From Felis catus (Eukaryota), in contig NC_058369.1 in the NCBI RefSeq assembly GCF_018350175.1, positions 25,546,001-25,610,000 of the forward strand: 64,000 bases of DNA, written 5' to 3'. The position numbers and the translations under genes are program-made. This document shows positions 27,701-41,574 of the stretch, piece by piece (the first letter of the stretch is position 1; each line of letters opens with the position of its first letter). The notes beneath the pieces were generated by a model. It ran no database searches and had not been told where the DNA came from. It saw nothing but the letters and a program-made list of their open reading frames with translations.

Positions 27701-28939
27701 ACCTTTCCCATGGCTAGATAATCTAGCCCATCTGAACAGTTGAACACCACACATTGGACAGCAAGAGCTTTAGCCAAGTCCTTGGTAGTTTCAGTTTTTC
27801 CTGTGCCTGCTGGCCCCTCTGGAGCTCCTCCAAGGTTTAAATAGAAGGCACCTATCTGAAAAGGAACATACATTTTGAAAGAAATCCTTGCATAACTGGA
27901 CAAAAGAAAATAACTATATAATAGACGATTGCTTAGAAAATGGATTGAATCTTATTTGTGTAGCTTCAAAGAGGCACTAACACAATCATACTGTTCAGTT
28001 AATTTTTACTATGCGATTTTTCAGCTGCATAAGGAAAAAGCAGTTCCAGAAAAAGTAAAAATGTATCAAAATCTCCTTGTATTATAGTATGTCATGGGTA
28101 TCCCATTTGCCTTTAAAAACAAAAAGAATCTAGCCTTGAGGTATTAACATTTGGTCAGAAAGGTTTAACTAGAGATTGTTGTGGAGATCATTAATAACAA
28201 TCTCCATGGCTAGCTGCCAAAAGTCAACACCTGAAAATGAGTGTTGTAAATGGGAGCCCATCAATTGGAAGAGACACAATACCTATCATGTAACTTTGTC
28301 TATAATTCACCCTGGCTATGGCATTTCACTCTTGGTATGTTCTCCATTTTCTCCATTCCTACAACACTGTTTTGTACTTCTCTTACCAGTAGGATCACTG
28401 TCTACCTTGCCTTACATTAATTTTGTATGTTGTTTTTTTTCTCCCAATTAGTCTTTAAGCCCCTTAAGACCAATATCAGCAGTAACTGAATTCTTCCTGA
28501 ATTCTTCCCCAAAAGGACTAGAACAATGGTTGGAAATTTTTAGAAGCATATAAATTATAGTCAACTCCAACTATGGGGTTTATTTCAAGAAAACTAGTAA
28601 AAGAGTTTGTAAAATTTAACTCCTTTAAAAAAAAAATAGGGTTAAAGGACTAAAGCTGTACATATGAGGAGGTAAGGGATATGTGGGAACTCTCTGTACT
28701 TTCATTTGCTGTACTAATTTTGCTATGAAACTGAAACTTCTCTAAAAAGAAAGATCTATTAAAAAATAATTTAAGGGGCTCCTGGGTGTCTCGGTTGGTT
28801 AAGCATCTGAGTTTGGCTCAGGTCATGATCTCGCAGTCCATGAGTTCGAGCCCGACATCGGGCTCTGTGCTGATCACTCACAGCCTGGAGCCTGCTTCAG
28901 ATTCTGTGTTTCCCTCTCTCTCTGCCCCTCCCCGGCTTG

Positions 28940-28973
<34 letters not shown>

Positions 28974-29613
28974 AATAAACATTTTTTAAAAATTAATAAT
29001 TTAATAATAAAATAAAATAAAATTTTTGATTAAATAAAGGCTATATCAATATTTTACCCACCTTAAGTTTGTAATAAATGCTATACCATTAACGCCCATT
29101 AACTTGATTGCTGGAAACCTCAGGTTTTTCCTTCATTATTTCAAGAAAATGCTTACAAATTTTTCAATGTCTAATGTTATATACAAGTTTAATGGGATTC
29201 TGATCTTACAACCGGAAGCTGTGAGCTTCCACAAATATTCACAGCTTCTGATTTCACCAAGGTCCCACATAGGACACAGAAGCTTGAGATTCATTTACAC
29301 AACAAATATTTAGGGATTGACCATGTACCTGTTCACTACTAGAGTAGAAACCAAGACAGACATGGTCCCTGCCCTCAGGCAGCTTTCCAAGAAAATAATA
29401 GGTGGTTTGGTGAAATATTTTATCATAGCTGCATTGGCAGCCTTTACCAGCCATTGCCTCTATCTTCCAATTGCTGAATCAGCTACAAATAGCTCACAAC
29501 TGTCCTTTTCTCCTGAAAATTGCCCTTGACTAATAGGAGCTACCTTATCAGCAAATACCTGAAAGCTTCCTCACCTGAAAGCTTTACCTTTCAAAGTAAA
29601 CCTGTCAGTTTAC

Positions 29614-29649
<36 letters not shown>

Positions 29650-31127
29650 GTTTACATGGAAACAGCAGACAATTGCAATTCTTGACACACAAACTGCTGC
29701 AAAACCATAGGCAACTCTAGGAAACAGAGGAGAGGAATGCTCTTTTATAGAGGAAAGGGGGGCTTTGGGAGGGGCCACTATAAACAAGAAGTCCATTGGA
29801 GGAAACTGGGAGTTCCAAGTGTAGTGGCTTTTCATTGGCTGAGTTGTGACAGTTTCTCAATGGCTGGGATCTTGCCAGACAAGAACAAAATCCTTATTCC
29901 TACTGGGGTAATCAAGTACATGTTTCTTCCTGTCAGGAATGTAAAGTACATCTCTTCCTGTTGGTTTTGCAATTGATGATGAATGGTAGTAGGGCTTGAG
30001 AGCTTCTCCTTCATGGCCTCCCAACTCCATTTTAATGAGGTTTGCCTTTCTTAATTTTCATACCCCTAACCCCAGGGGTGACTGATAGCCAAGGGCCATA
30101 AGGAGATATAAAAGCCAGGCCCCTTGCCTTAAAGAGGGGTACCCCCATAATGCCATCCATGCTCCAAAGCTCCCCCTGAGATCAGGCTAAATCTGTACAT
30201 CTGTTAAAACTACATCTTTACTTTTCCCTGTTTTCCTCACTTCCCTACAGGCTTTTACTGAAAGCATTCCCTAGTAAATCATTTACCCAAGAATCCCCCA
30301 TTTCATCTCTGCTTCTAGAGAACTCAGTCAAAGATACTTTAATTTCACTTACTCAGCACAGGTGGATTGGTGTTTCTTGATGCTTCTCCTCAATTTCCAG
30401 GTAGGGTTGCCAGACTTAGCAAATAAAAATACAGAATTCCCAGTTAAATTTGAATTTCAGATAAACAATGAATAATTTTTTAGTGGAAGTATGTCCTGTA
30501 TGATATTTGGAACACACTTATACTAAGAAATTATTTGAAATTCAAATTTACCTGAGAATCCTGTATTTTACACAGCAACCTTATTCCAAGGTGTTTGGGA
30601 TTTTTTATAGTCCTAACTTCATCTTCCAAAGCTTCTCAACAAGCACAGACCTTATCACCACCCCCTACATTTCAGCTCTCTCCCTCCTATTCAACACACC
30701 TAACTCTTTAGGGGTGCCTGGGTAGCTCAGTCCGGTAAGCGTCCAACTTTGGCTCACGTCATGATCTTGCGGTTGGTGAACTTGAGCCCTGTGTCCGGCT
30801 CGGTGCTGACAGCTCAGAGCCTGGAGCCTGCCTAGGATTCTGTGTGTCCCCCCCACCCCCACCCCCACCCCCACCCCGCCCTCTCCGCTCCTTCCCCACT
30901 CATGCTGTGTCTCACTCTCAAAACTAAATAAACATTAAAAAAAAGCAGGGGGAGGGGAACGGGGGGCACCTGGATGGCTCAGTCGGTTAAGCTTCTGACT
31001 TCAGCTCAGGTCATGATCTCACGGTTCATGGGTTCAAGCCCCACGTCAGGCTCTGTGCTGACAGCTCAGAGCCTGGAGCCTGCTTCACATTCTGTGTCTC
31101 CCTCTCTCTGTGCCCCTCCCCTGCTCG

Positions 31128-31164
<37 letters not shown>

Positions 31165-32363
31165 AAAAGTAAATAAAAATTAAAAAAAAAAAAAGAACTA
31201 ACTTGGAGTTCTAAGGCCCAGATGGCCTTTATTCATCTTCCTGTCATGTCTCCCAGGAGTCTCACAAAAACCAAATCCATTCCCTGAAGCTCCAGTTTTC
31301 TCTTTAAATTTCTAATACCTTCTTTTTCTAATTATCCCGAATGGTAATGACTCATGATTTTCAAACATTAGAATCCAAACACTCTTGTATTCTACAAAAG
31401 CACCCAGAAGTAAATATTCATTGCTATAGTTTCACATAAAGGGAATTGGGATTAGGAAGGGATAACTCTATTCAACTATTACAGATAAAAGAATAAAATG
31501 AGGACAGCCATGTTAAATTTGGACAAGGAAACATGACACCACACCAAAAAGTAATCTTTAATGTATGAATTAAAATAATTTAAATGCATACCAATGTTCT
31601 GTAACACCTGTCAGTTAGAGGAGTAATGACAAGTCGAGGTGAATTACCAAGATATTCATAAGCATATTTTACATTGCAATTAATGATACGAACTCGAGCA
31701 TTGTCATATTCCCAATAATATCGAAGCTGAGCAAGCCACTGAAAATCTGTATCATGTGAGACACCTAGAAAGAAGAAAGTAAAAGAGACAGTCCTGAAAT
31801 GTAAAAACAATTTGAAAAATAGGTATTCTATCATTTTTTATAATAGCAAATATTAAAATAATTTGTTTTCCAGCTTATAGAAAAGATGACATAAAACAAA
31901 TCTTGTGGGGAGAGGAAAAGATGTACAGTATAAATCTTTGTTTCTAGAAGCTATTAATATTTATCTTTAATATTAAAGAAAAGAGTCACATACCCATATC
32001 AATCATGTCCATGACCACGTCTCTAGCATGGACATCAATTGTAACCAAAGCCCCCAGAGTAGTCCTGGTCTGCTTCGACAGTTTTCCCCTTACCAGTGCT
32101 ACAATATCATTCAGTTGATTCTGGAGTTCCTGATAGTACTTCTTTAATGCCTACAAAATAAAAAAGGAATTAAACTAATGGTATATAGTAGCTAAAACAT
32201 GTATTTTATATACCCTTTTACAAAACAATTTTGACATCATAATATATTTCAATTCAGAAATTAATTACAGAACAGAGTGAGTTTGCCTAAGCTTCATAAA
32301 ATACTAAGAACACATTTTCAAAGAATTGTAAATTTAATTTCTTAATGTTTATTTATTTATTTT

Positions 32364-32404
<41 letters not shown>

Positions 32405-35400
32405 CACAAGCATGGGAGCACCAGAGAGAGAATTCCAAGCAGGCTTCTCACGGTCAGTGCAGAGCCTGGCGTGGGGCTTGAACTCAGGAACCATGAGGTC
32501 ATGACCTGAGCTGAAATCAAGAGTTGGGTGCTTAACTGACTGAGCCACTCAGGCACCCCAAAGAATTGTATAATTTTAATGCTACCTGTACAAACTGGTG
32601 GGAAGACTGCCATTACAAAGAATAGATAAGCCAACTAAGAAACATAGCAGTAGAAAAGGATGTTATGTTAAAAAAAAAAAAAAAAGCTTTACCTCTGTCC
32701 CACCACTTATAACTTCTTGTGTCTCAGAAGTCCAGAACATTTGAGAAACACAAAGGACAACTTGTCCAGGCCACTCTAGAACCCAGTCTCTTCTTGCAGA
32801 TTCTGGATAAGCCTGAATAATTAAAATGCATTCCTAACTTTAAAGATTATGGAAGGGGGGGGAAAGCTAAATGTCTGAAATATTTGGTACATTTCATAGG
32901 TTAAAATATCACATAGTCATGAAAACTTTTAGATGACTAAAAGAAAAATTGTTATTATGTTTTTTAATCATTTGTTTATTCATAAAAGAATGGGAAGATG
33001 AACACTAATATGTTAACAATCAGTTGTCTCTGGAAGAATTTATTGTTGATTCTTCTGGAAATTGATTTCTTTATGATTTTTATGTTGCTTTGCTATGAGA
33101 AGTTGTCAAGTTTTCTTTTTTTTTTTTTAATTTTTTTTTTCAACGTTTATGAAAAAACGAGCATGAACGGGGGAGGGGCAGAGAGAGAGGGAGACACAGA
33201 ATCGGAAACAGGCTGCAGGCTCTGAGCCATCAGCCCAGAGCCTGACGCGGGGCTTGAACTCACGGACCGTGAGATCGTGACCTGGCTGAAGTCGGACGCT
33301 TAACCGACTGCGCCACCCAGGCGCCCCAAGAAGTTGTCAAGTTTTCTACATAGAATGCATACTACTCCTATTATAATGAAATATAAGGGTTTTATTAATC
33401 CATAAAAAATAAGTCTAATAGATTATATATATTGATGCCAGGTATAATTGAAAAGGAGACTATACAATCTAGTGGGAAACTGGATTAGTAGTTAGAACCC
33501 CTGTATGATTTATCCATAGCTTTTCTAAAAACTTACATGACTAGAGTTATATTTTGAACAATTATATATTTGTTGAATGATACATAATTTAACTATCTGT
33601 GCTTTTGAGTTCAAAGCATGCTCTCATTTCTCTTAATATTTTTATGTTCAAAATACATTAAAATGGATTTGGAGTGGGGCAGAGTTTAACCTTTAAAAAC
33701 AATAACCTGCTTCATGTGATAACAGTAGATTCAAATTATAAACGGAAAAAATATAACTGCAGAACAAAATTTGAAGTTGATGCTAATGGAAACTATATTT
33801 AAAAAATGTTTTTAAATGTTTATTATTTTGAGAGAGAGAGACAGAGTGCAGGCAGGGGTGGGGCAGAGAGATACAGGGAGACACAGAATCCCAAGCAGGC
33901 TCCAGGCTCTGAACTGTCAGCACAGGGCCCAAAACAGGGCTCAAATCTACGAGCTGTGAGATTATGACCCGAGCTGAAGTAGGACGCCTAACCTATTGAG
34001 CCACCCAGACTCCCCAGAAACTATATTTTTAATACAATAACACCATCTTAGATAAAATGATGTTAAACATAAGGATAGAAACATATTATTACTTAAATGT
34101 GTTTTATTAGGAATGTTTAGAAATAAAAACAAATGACAAGTCTCAAAGAATGTATGAGCTATTGCCAGATACATAGAAAAAATATTTCTGTACTAATAAA
34201 GAAAATACTTTCATGGATAATGTTGATTTTTTTTCCTATGTGTTTTAATCTGTTTGGGATCACAAATGGAAAAGGGGGAGAAAAAGTCAAGATTTATCTT
34301 CAGGAACCCTGAAGCTGAATACAATAGCCATTGTAGTAAGATGAGCATTATAGGATGAAGGAAAATGGATACCTCACTCATATAAAGTGAGTCGCTGGAT
34401 TATAAAGCTGCAATGCCTTTTAAAATAACTTTTTTGGGGGGTGCCTGGGTGGCTCAGTCAGTTAAGCATCCGACTTTGGCTCAGGTCATGATCTCATGGT
34501 TCGTGGGTTTGAGCACTGCATCAGGTCCTGTGCTGACAGCTCAGAGCCTGGAGCCTGCTTTGGATTCTGTCTCCCTCTCTCTGCTCCTCCCCTGCTCATG
34601 CTGTGTCTCTCTCTCTCCTTCAAAAATAAATAAAAACATTTAAAAAAATTTTTATATAACTTCTTTTTTTAACTACATAACTGTTCCTTTGTGGTCCTAA
34701 AGACAGAAATATACTGAATTTTATTATTCAATATTAATAGTAGATTAGGTTAATTGGATTAGCATAAGTAAGCTACATGTAGCGCTCAGGTGTTACATTT
34801 TTTTCAAATATTATATACCCTCTTTTAATGTTTGTTCATCTCACTTCCAGTTTCTAAGCAATTGTTAAGGTGTAAACAGCAGTAGACCATTCATCTAATA
34901 CCCCCATCTGAGGTTCTTTTTGATTCCAGGGGCTGTATACAGACTACCTAGATGTTCTCCTACTTTCTCTTTATCTGGTGAATTCCTACTTTGGGTCTCA
35001 CTTTCAATTTCACTTCCTCCAAGAACCTATCACTAGAAACGTCCCCCTCTCCACATTCTAAATTATATATACCTTGCCTATTCTTTCTCATAACACCTAT
35101 TGTCTTTTGTAGCACTTAATTATATACTGTTATCAATTCTTAACTAATATCATTATCTTAATAATGTTAGAAACAAAGAGTAAAAAATAATGGTTTTACA
35201 CAGTAAGAACTGTAAGTGTTAATTTACCAGCACACATTCAAAACCTCCTACAAAGAAAGCATTCACAGAATATATGGTGTACATTAAATCTCAGGAAACA
35301 TACCAGCCTGGCTGCAGCGATCACATCGTGAATACTCCGGAGCATTAAATCTTCCACTTGAATGAGCCACTTTTCCACAGCACCTCGCGCTGCAGACGTG

Positions 35401-36528
35401 GAAATAAGTGCAATCAGTTCCACTCGCTCCCCTTCAGAGCTATACATGGCCTTAATGTCCAAATTGGGAAGGAATTCCAGTTTAGCAATGCCCTCAAAGC
35501 ATTTTTTTAAATGAGGCTGAACTCTTAGTGGGTCTTTGGTCTCTGACAAAATCTCTAACATTTCATCATTAGATAAGAAGAAAAAACTAGAGAAAAACAT
35601 GCAAATGCAAATGCTTTAGTTATAATTAATTCATCACATATCAGAAAATAATTTTAATTACAGCACAATTAAATATCCATCATACCGAGGGAAGAAAAGC
35701 CGTTTTTTTTCAAGATATGCATTGAGCCCTTTCATAATTTTCTCCAAAAGTTCATTGCAGTTCTGCAATTTTTCCAATAAACCTGTTAAAGAAGTAGCAG
35801 CAAGGACCTAAAAGATACACATTTGTTCAGGTCAGCACTTACATACCAGATATAATTATAAGACCTATGCATTAATCTATAGTATATGTCAAAAATGTAG
35901 AAATGTCAAAAGGCTTAAGAAAATTGTAAATTTTTTGTAATGTAAAACTATTATAATTCAATAAATCATAAATATTCTTATCCAAGGACGCAAGTTACAA
36001 ATGAGAAGTTATGACTCTCATGCACATTTTCATTTCTCCTATATTGTTCTGAATGATGTGGGAAAAGTCTGTTAGGATGGTGTGTGGTTTAATTTTTACA
36101 TTTATAACCATCAACTATAAACTTAACAATCTACAGTATGAGTTGGCAAATTGTATCCCATGGGCTACATCCAACCTGCTGCCAGTGTCTTTCTTTCTTT
36201 CTTTTTTTTTTTCAGCTTTATAAGGTATAATTGACAAATAAAAATTTTATATAGTTAAGGTATACAACTTGATGTTTTGATATATGAATACACTATGCTG
36301 CCAGTTTTTGTACGACCTGTGAACTAAGAATTATTTTTATACTTTTAAAAGATTGAAAGAATTGGGACACCTGGGTGGCTCAGTTGGTTAAGTGTCCGAC
36401 TTCAGCTCAGGTCATGATCTCACAGTTTGAGCTTGAGACCTGCATCGGGCTCTGTGCTGACAGCTCAGAGACTGGAGCCTGCTTCGGATTCTGTGTCTCT
36501 CTCTGTCTCTGCCCCTCGCCTGTTCACA

Positions 36529-36564
<36 letters not shown>

Positions 36565-39006
36565 AATAAATGAACATTGGGGCGCCTGGGTGGTGCAGTC
36601 GGTTAAGCGTCCGACTTAGCCAGGTCACGATCTCGCGGTCCCTGAGTTCGAGCCCCGCGTCGGCTCTGGGCTGATGGCTCAGAGCCTGGAGCCTGTTTCC
36701 GATTCTGTGTCTCCCTCTCTCTCTGCCCCTCCTCCATTCATGCTCTGTCTCTCTCTGTCCCAAAAATAAATAAAAAAACGTTGAAAAAAAATTTTTTTAA
36801 ATAAAAAAAAAATAAATGAACATTAAAAAAACCTTTTTTTAAGGTTGAAAGAGGGGCACTGGGTGGCTCAGGTGGTTAAACACCTGACTTTGGCTCAGGT
36901 CATGATCTCACCGCTTGTGAGTTCGAGCCCCGCATCGGGCTCTGTGCTGAAAGCTCAGAGCCCGGAGCCTGCTTCCAGTTCTGTGTCTCCCTATCTCTCT
37001 GTCCCTCTCCCACTCATGCTCTGTCTCTTTCTCTCAAAAATAAACAAACATTAAAAAATGTTTTAAAATTTAAAAAATTTTGAAAGAATTAAGAGAAAAA
37101 TCATATTTCATGGCATGTGAAAATGTCACTGTCCAGAAACAGTTGACTGTAGCACAGACACATCCATTCAGTTACATACGGTCTCAGGCTGCTTTCTCCC
37201 TACTACAATGGCAGAGTTGAGTACTTGCAAAAAAGACTGCCTGTCTCACAAAGTCTAAAATATTTATCATCTGGTCCACTGCAGAAAAAATATACTGACT
37301 TCTGGTCTATAACAAATCATGTTTCACAAAGGTTCTAAAGTCAATGTGTAAGACAAAATCCTCAAAACTCATAAATTTCAGTGTACTATTGACTCTCAAG
37401 AAGTCCAGCATGGCTAATTTTCACCCAGCATTGAAACAAATTGTTATTTCTTAAGTTGAATGCCAGATTAAAAAAGTGGATGCTTATCTATGGACTATGT
37501 ATACTATGTGCATGAAAAATACATAGTCTGTCTTTCAACATGAGAATCACACTCAGCAAGGTGCTATAGTTACCAGGAGAGACACATAGCAAGTGAGGTC
37601 AACTGAGAGAACTGAAAAAATTTTTTTAATTAAAAAAAAAGTATTTTAAATTTTTTTTTTCAACGTTTATTTATTTTTGGGACAGAGAGAGACAGAGCAT
37701 GAACGGGGGAGGGGCAGAGAGAGAGGGAGACACAGAATCAGAAACAGGCTCCAGGCTCCCAGGCATCAGCCCAGAGCCTGACACGGGGCTCGAACTCACG
37801 GACCGTGAGATCGTGACCTGGCTGAAGTCGGACGCTTAACCGACTGCGCCACCCAGGCGCCCCTAAAAAAAAAAAGTATTTTAGAGAGAGAGTGCGTGAG
37901 CAGGGGAGAGGGGCGGAAGCAGAGACATAGGAATCTTAAGCAGGCTCCCTGCAGCATAGAAACCAACACGGGGCTTGATTCCACGATCCTGGGATCTCGA
38001 CCTGAGCTGACAGCAAGAATTGGACATTTGGGACACCTGCATGGCTCAGTCGGTTAAGCTTCCAACTTTGGCTCAAGTCATGACCTCATGGTTGAGTTTG
38101 AGCCCCACATCAGGCTCACTGCTCACAGCTCAGAGCCTGCATCAGATCCTCTGTCCCCCTGCCCCTGCCCCTTCCCTGCTCACAACACCTTTCTTTCTGT
38201 CTCTCTTTCTCTCTCAAAACTGAATAAACATTAAAAAAAAAAAAGTCGGACAGATGTTCAGCCAACCAAGCCACCCAGGCATCCCAAAATTGCAGATTCT
38301 TTATTCCTATCACTCCCAAGAATATAGAGTCATTAAGTGGAATATCAGGTGAATCACCTATACTCATTCTCTATCTCTCTCTGTCCCTGCTACTCCTTTC
38401 TCTCTCTATCTTATTTCATTTTACAAGAGAAGAACAGCAGTCAGTATGTGCCATAGTCAAGTGAGTTAAATGTACATTTGTGAGTCCGCTCCACTATTAG
38501 AGTTACAAGTAGTTTATTATAAGAATTGAAAAGTAAAATTATTTTAATGCTTTGTGCTTTCTTATATTTTTCTGAACTTTCCAGTTTGTATTCAAAGAGC
38601 AGGTTTTGTTTTTGTAATCAGAAAAAAAAAAAACAACAAAAACAAATGCTTTCTTTAATAGCCAAAATGAAAGGTCCTCTTTATTTGTAAGAGAGAAAAC
38701 AAACACTTCACCTTGGGATCTTTTTTACAAAACTTCATGATATCTCTCCAATGTCTGTCTACTGTCTGAAACTGACGCCCTTCTTCTGGCATCTGTTGCA
38801 TGATATCCTCAGAACAAAAAATGGGCTCCAAGTACAGCCACTGAGCTTGTACTTTTAACCATTCATCAATCGTTTCTTGTATTCGAATCAAACGGTCTTC
38901 CCAGGCCTTAATGAAAAGCACACTGTACTAAATTCCAATCATTAAAGAAAACCCATAAATTACAACAAGGAATATTTACTTAAAATTCACTGTTATTTAA
39001 AAATAA

Positions 39007-39045
<39 letters not shown>

Positions 39046-41526
39046 AATTCACTGTTATTTTTAAATCAATGCAAAACAGCTCAATGTCACTTATGGGAAT
39101 CACATGGACTTAGAAAAACTCTAGGGAGTCCAAAGTTTTCCTAAATCATTGGAACTCACCATCGGAAATGACTGCAGTTACTTACACTAAACTCCTAATC
39201 TCTAGGGAATCATCCCAAGTCTGAAAAGCATCCAGTAGTAGCCTGCTGTATACCAGTGGTTATCAACCTAGTGACTATTTCACCCTCCACCTCAAGGGAC
39301 ATTTGACAATGTCTAGAGACATTTACATTTGTCACAACTGTTGAAGTGAGGGTGCTACTCATATCTTGTGGGTGCTAATGTTTCAGATCTGTTCTATATG
39401 GTTCCACATTAATTTTTAAATATCCGTTCCTATATTTCACCCAAAGCTATCCACAAACTGACTTATTTCCACAGTAATATATATGTAATAAGATTACAGT
39501 TTTTGGGTGTTTTTTTTTTTTTTTTTAAGTAGCCTCCATACCCAGCATAGAGCCCAACACAGCACTTGAACTCACAACCCTGAGATCAAGACTGGAGCTG
39601 AGAGATCCAGCCGGACGCTTAACTGATTGAGCCACCTGGGCACCCCAAGCTTATAGCTTTTATAAATAACCGGAAACTATCATATTTGACATACCTTGAT
39701 CTCTTTTTCAAATGGTTTGATGAAAGGTGAGCCTCTCATTGTCTGAGTTTTTATAATTTGATCATCAAGGAGAGTCTGAATCTCATCTACTGAAGAAAGA
39801 ATAGAGACTCCAGTATCACGATATGGAGTTATATGAAAAGCAATATCAGCCCAGGTTCCTATCATTGTATGCATGGCTTTCTCTAGTGAAAATTCCTAAA
39901 AGGGAGAAAAGAAAGAATAAGTTAGTGAAGGAAGGTCTTATCTACTGTACCAACTTTTCCCTGGTGAATCCAGTAATGAGTGCATTACACAGTAATTCTT
40001 TTTTTTTTTAATTTTTTTAATGTTTTATTTATTTTTTGAGAGCGAGAGACAGAGTGTGAGTGGGGAAAGGGCAGAAACAGAAGGAGACACAGGATTCAAA
40101 GCAGGCTCCAGGCTCTGAGCTGTCAGCACAGAGCCCGATGCAGGGCTCGAACCCACGAACTGTGAGATCATGACCTGAGCCAAAGTCTGACGCTTAACCG
40201 ATGAGCCACCCAGGCACCCCTACACATAATTCTCTTAACATAATCTGTGGCGACACTGTAACTGTCTTTAGGTTTAAAAAGATTTCTTAAACAATTAAAA
40301 AATTCCTAAGAATAATATAGTAGTTTTGCAGATAAACATAAGGGAAGGGAAACAAAAATAATATAAAAACAGGGAGGGGGACAAAACATAAGAGACTTAT
40401 AAATATGGAGCACAAACTGAGGGTTACTGGAGGAGTTATGGGAGGGGGGGATGGGCTAAATGGGTAAGGGGCACTAAGGAATCTACTCCTGAAATCATTG
40501 TATGCTAACTATATCACTATATGCTAACTAATTTGGATGTAAATTTAAAAAAATAAAAATAAAATTAAAAAAAGAATAATAGTGTAGTTTTAAAAAATTC
40601 ACTTGCTGTGAAAACTACCGCTGCCAGTATTAAAATAGACACCAGAATAAAATAGCTGCTGGACCTTCTCTGAAGTGGCCTTTCTGCAGTCTATAGTCTG
40701 AAATGCCTTTGTATATTTTAAGAACCCTAGAAGACTGTACTTATTCTGCTAGAATGCAGACACATCAAATGCCAACACACACATGAAGAGGTCAAAGGAG
40801 CCATTTCTAGCCTGGATTCAGGACAAAGAAGTAATATAGAAGCACACACTTTGTGGGGTGGGGGGAGGGGGAAGAGTGGTCTTCTGTCAGGTTCCCCCAT
40901 CTCCTCCCATTGCTATCCAGTACCATACACTCAACCCCAACAAAAAACTGTGATTATTTTATTAACAAACTCATCAAATAAAGTGTTTCAGTTGATCTTC
41001 ATATTTACCTTGCTTGCACCTGCACTTATCACTTCAAATTTTTCCAAGTATGGTGTAAGGTTTAATTTTAAAATTTTTCTCAGTGTAGTTCCAGAGTCTG
41101 GAGTCAAGTCATAGCCTACAATTTCTGATATCTGCTTCCAGTGACGAGCTCTCATTCCTGGATTGCACAAGATGGAGACAGTAGGGATACAGTCCTAACA
41201 GTGAAAGTATAAACAATAATGAGTCACTCTTTTGACTAACCCACACACATAGATTTTATAGATGAAACCTCAATAGTATAAACGTTTCTTGAGATTATTT
41301 AACATATTTGATTAGCCCAATCAAAATCCCAATTAGATTTGGAGGAGAAGAGAAACTAACAAAATGATTCTAAAGTTCATCTGCACAAATAAACATTTAG
41401 AAATAGCCTGGAAAATTATAAGAGCAAAAAAGAAGAGGAGTAAACGTTCCATAGAATATTAAAGTATGCGATAAAATTATGCTAATTAAAAGTGTGGTAT
41501 TATTATAGAAACACAAAGCTGCTTTG

Positions 41527-41574
<48 letters not shown>

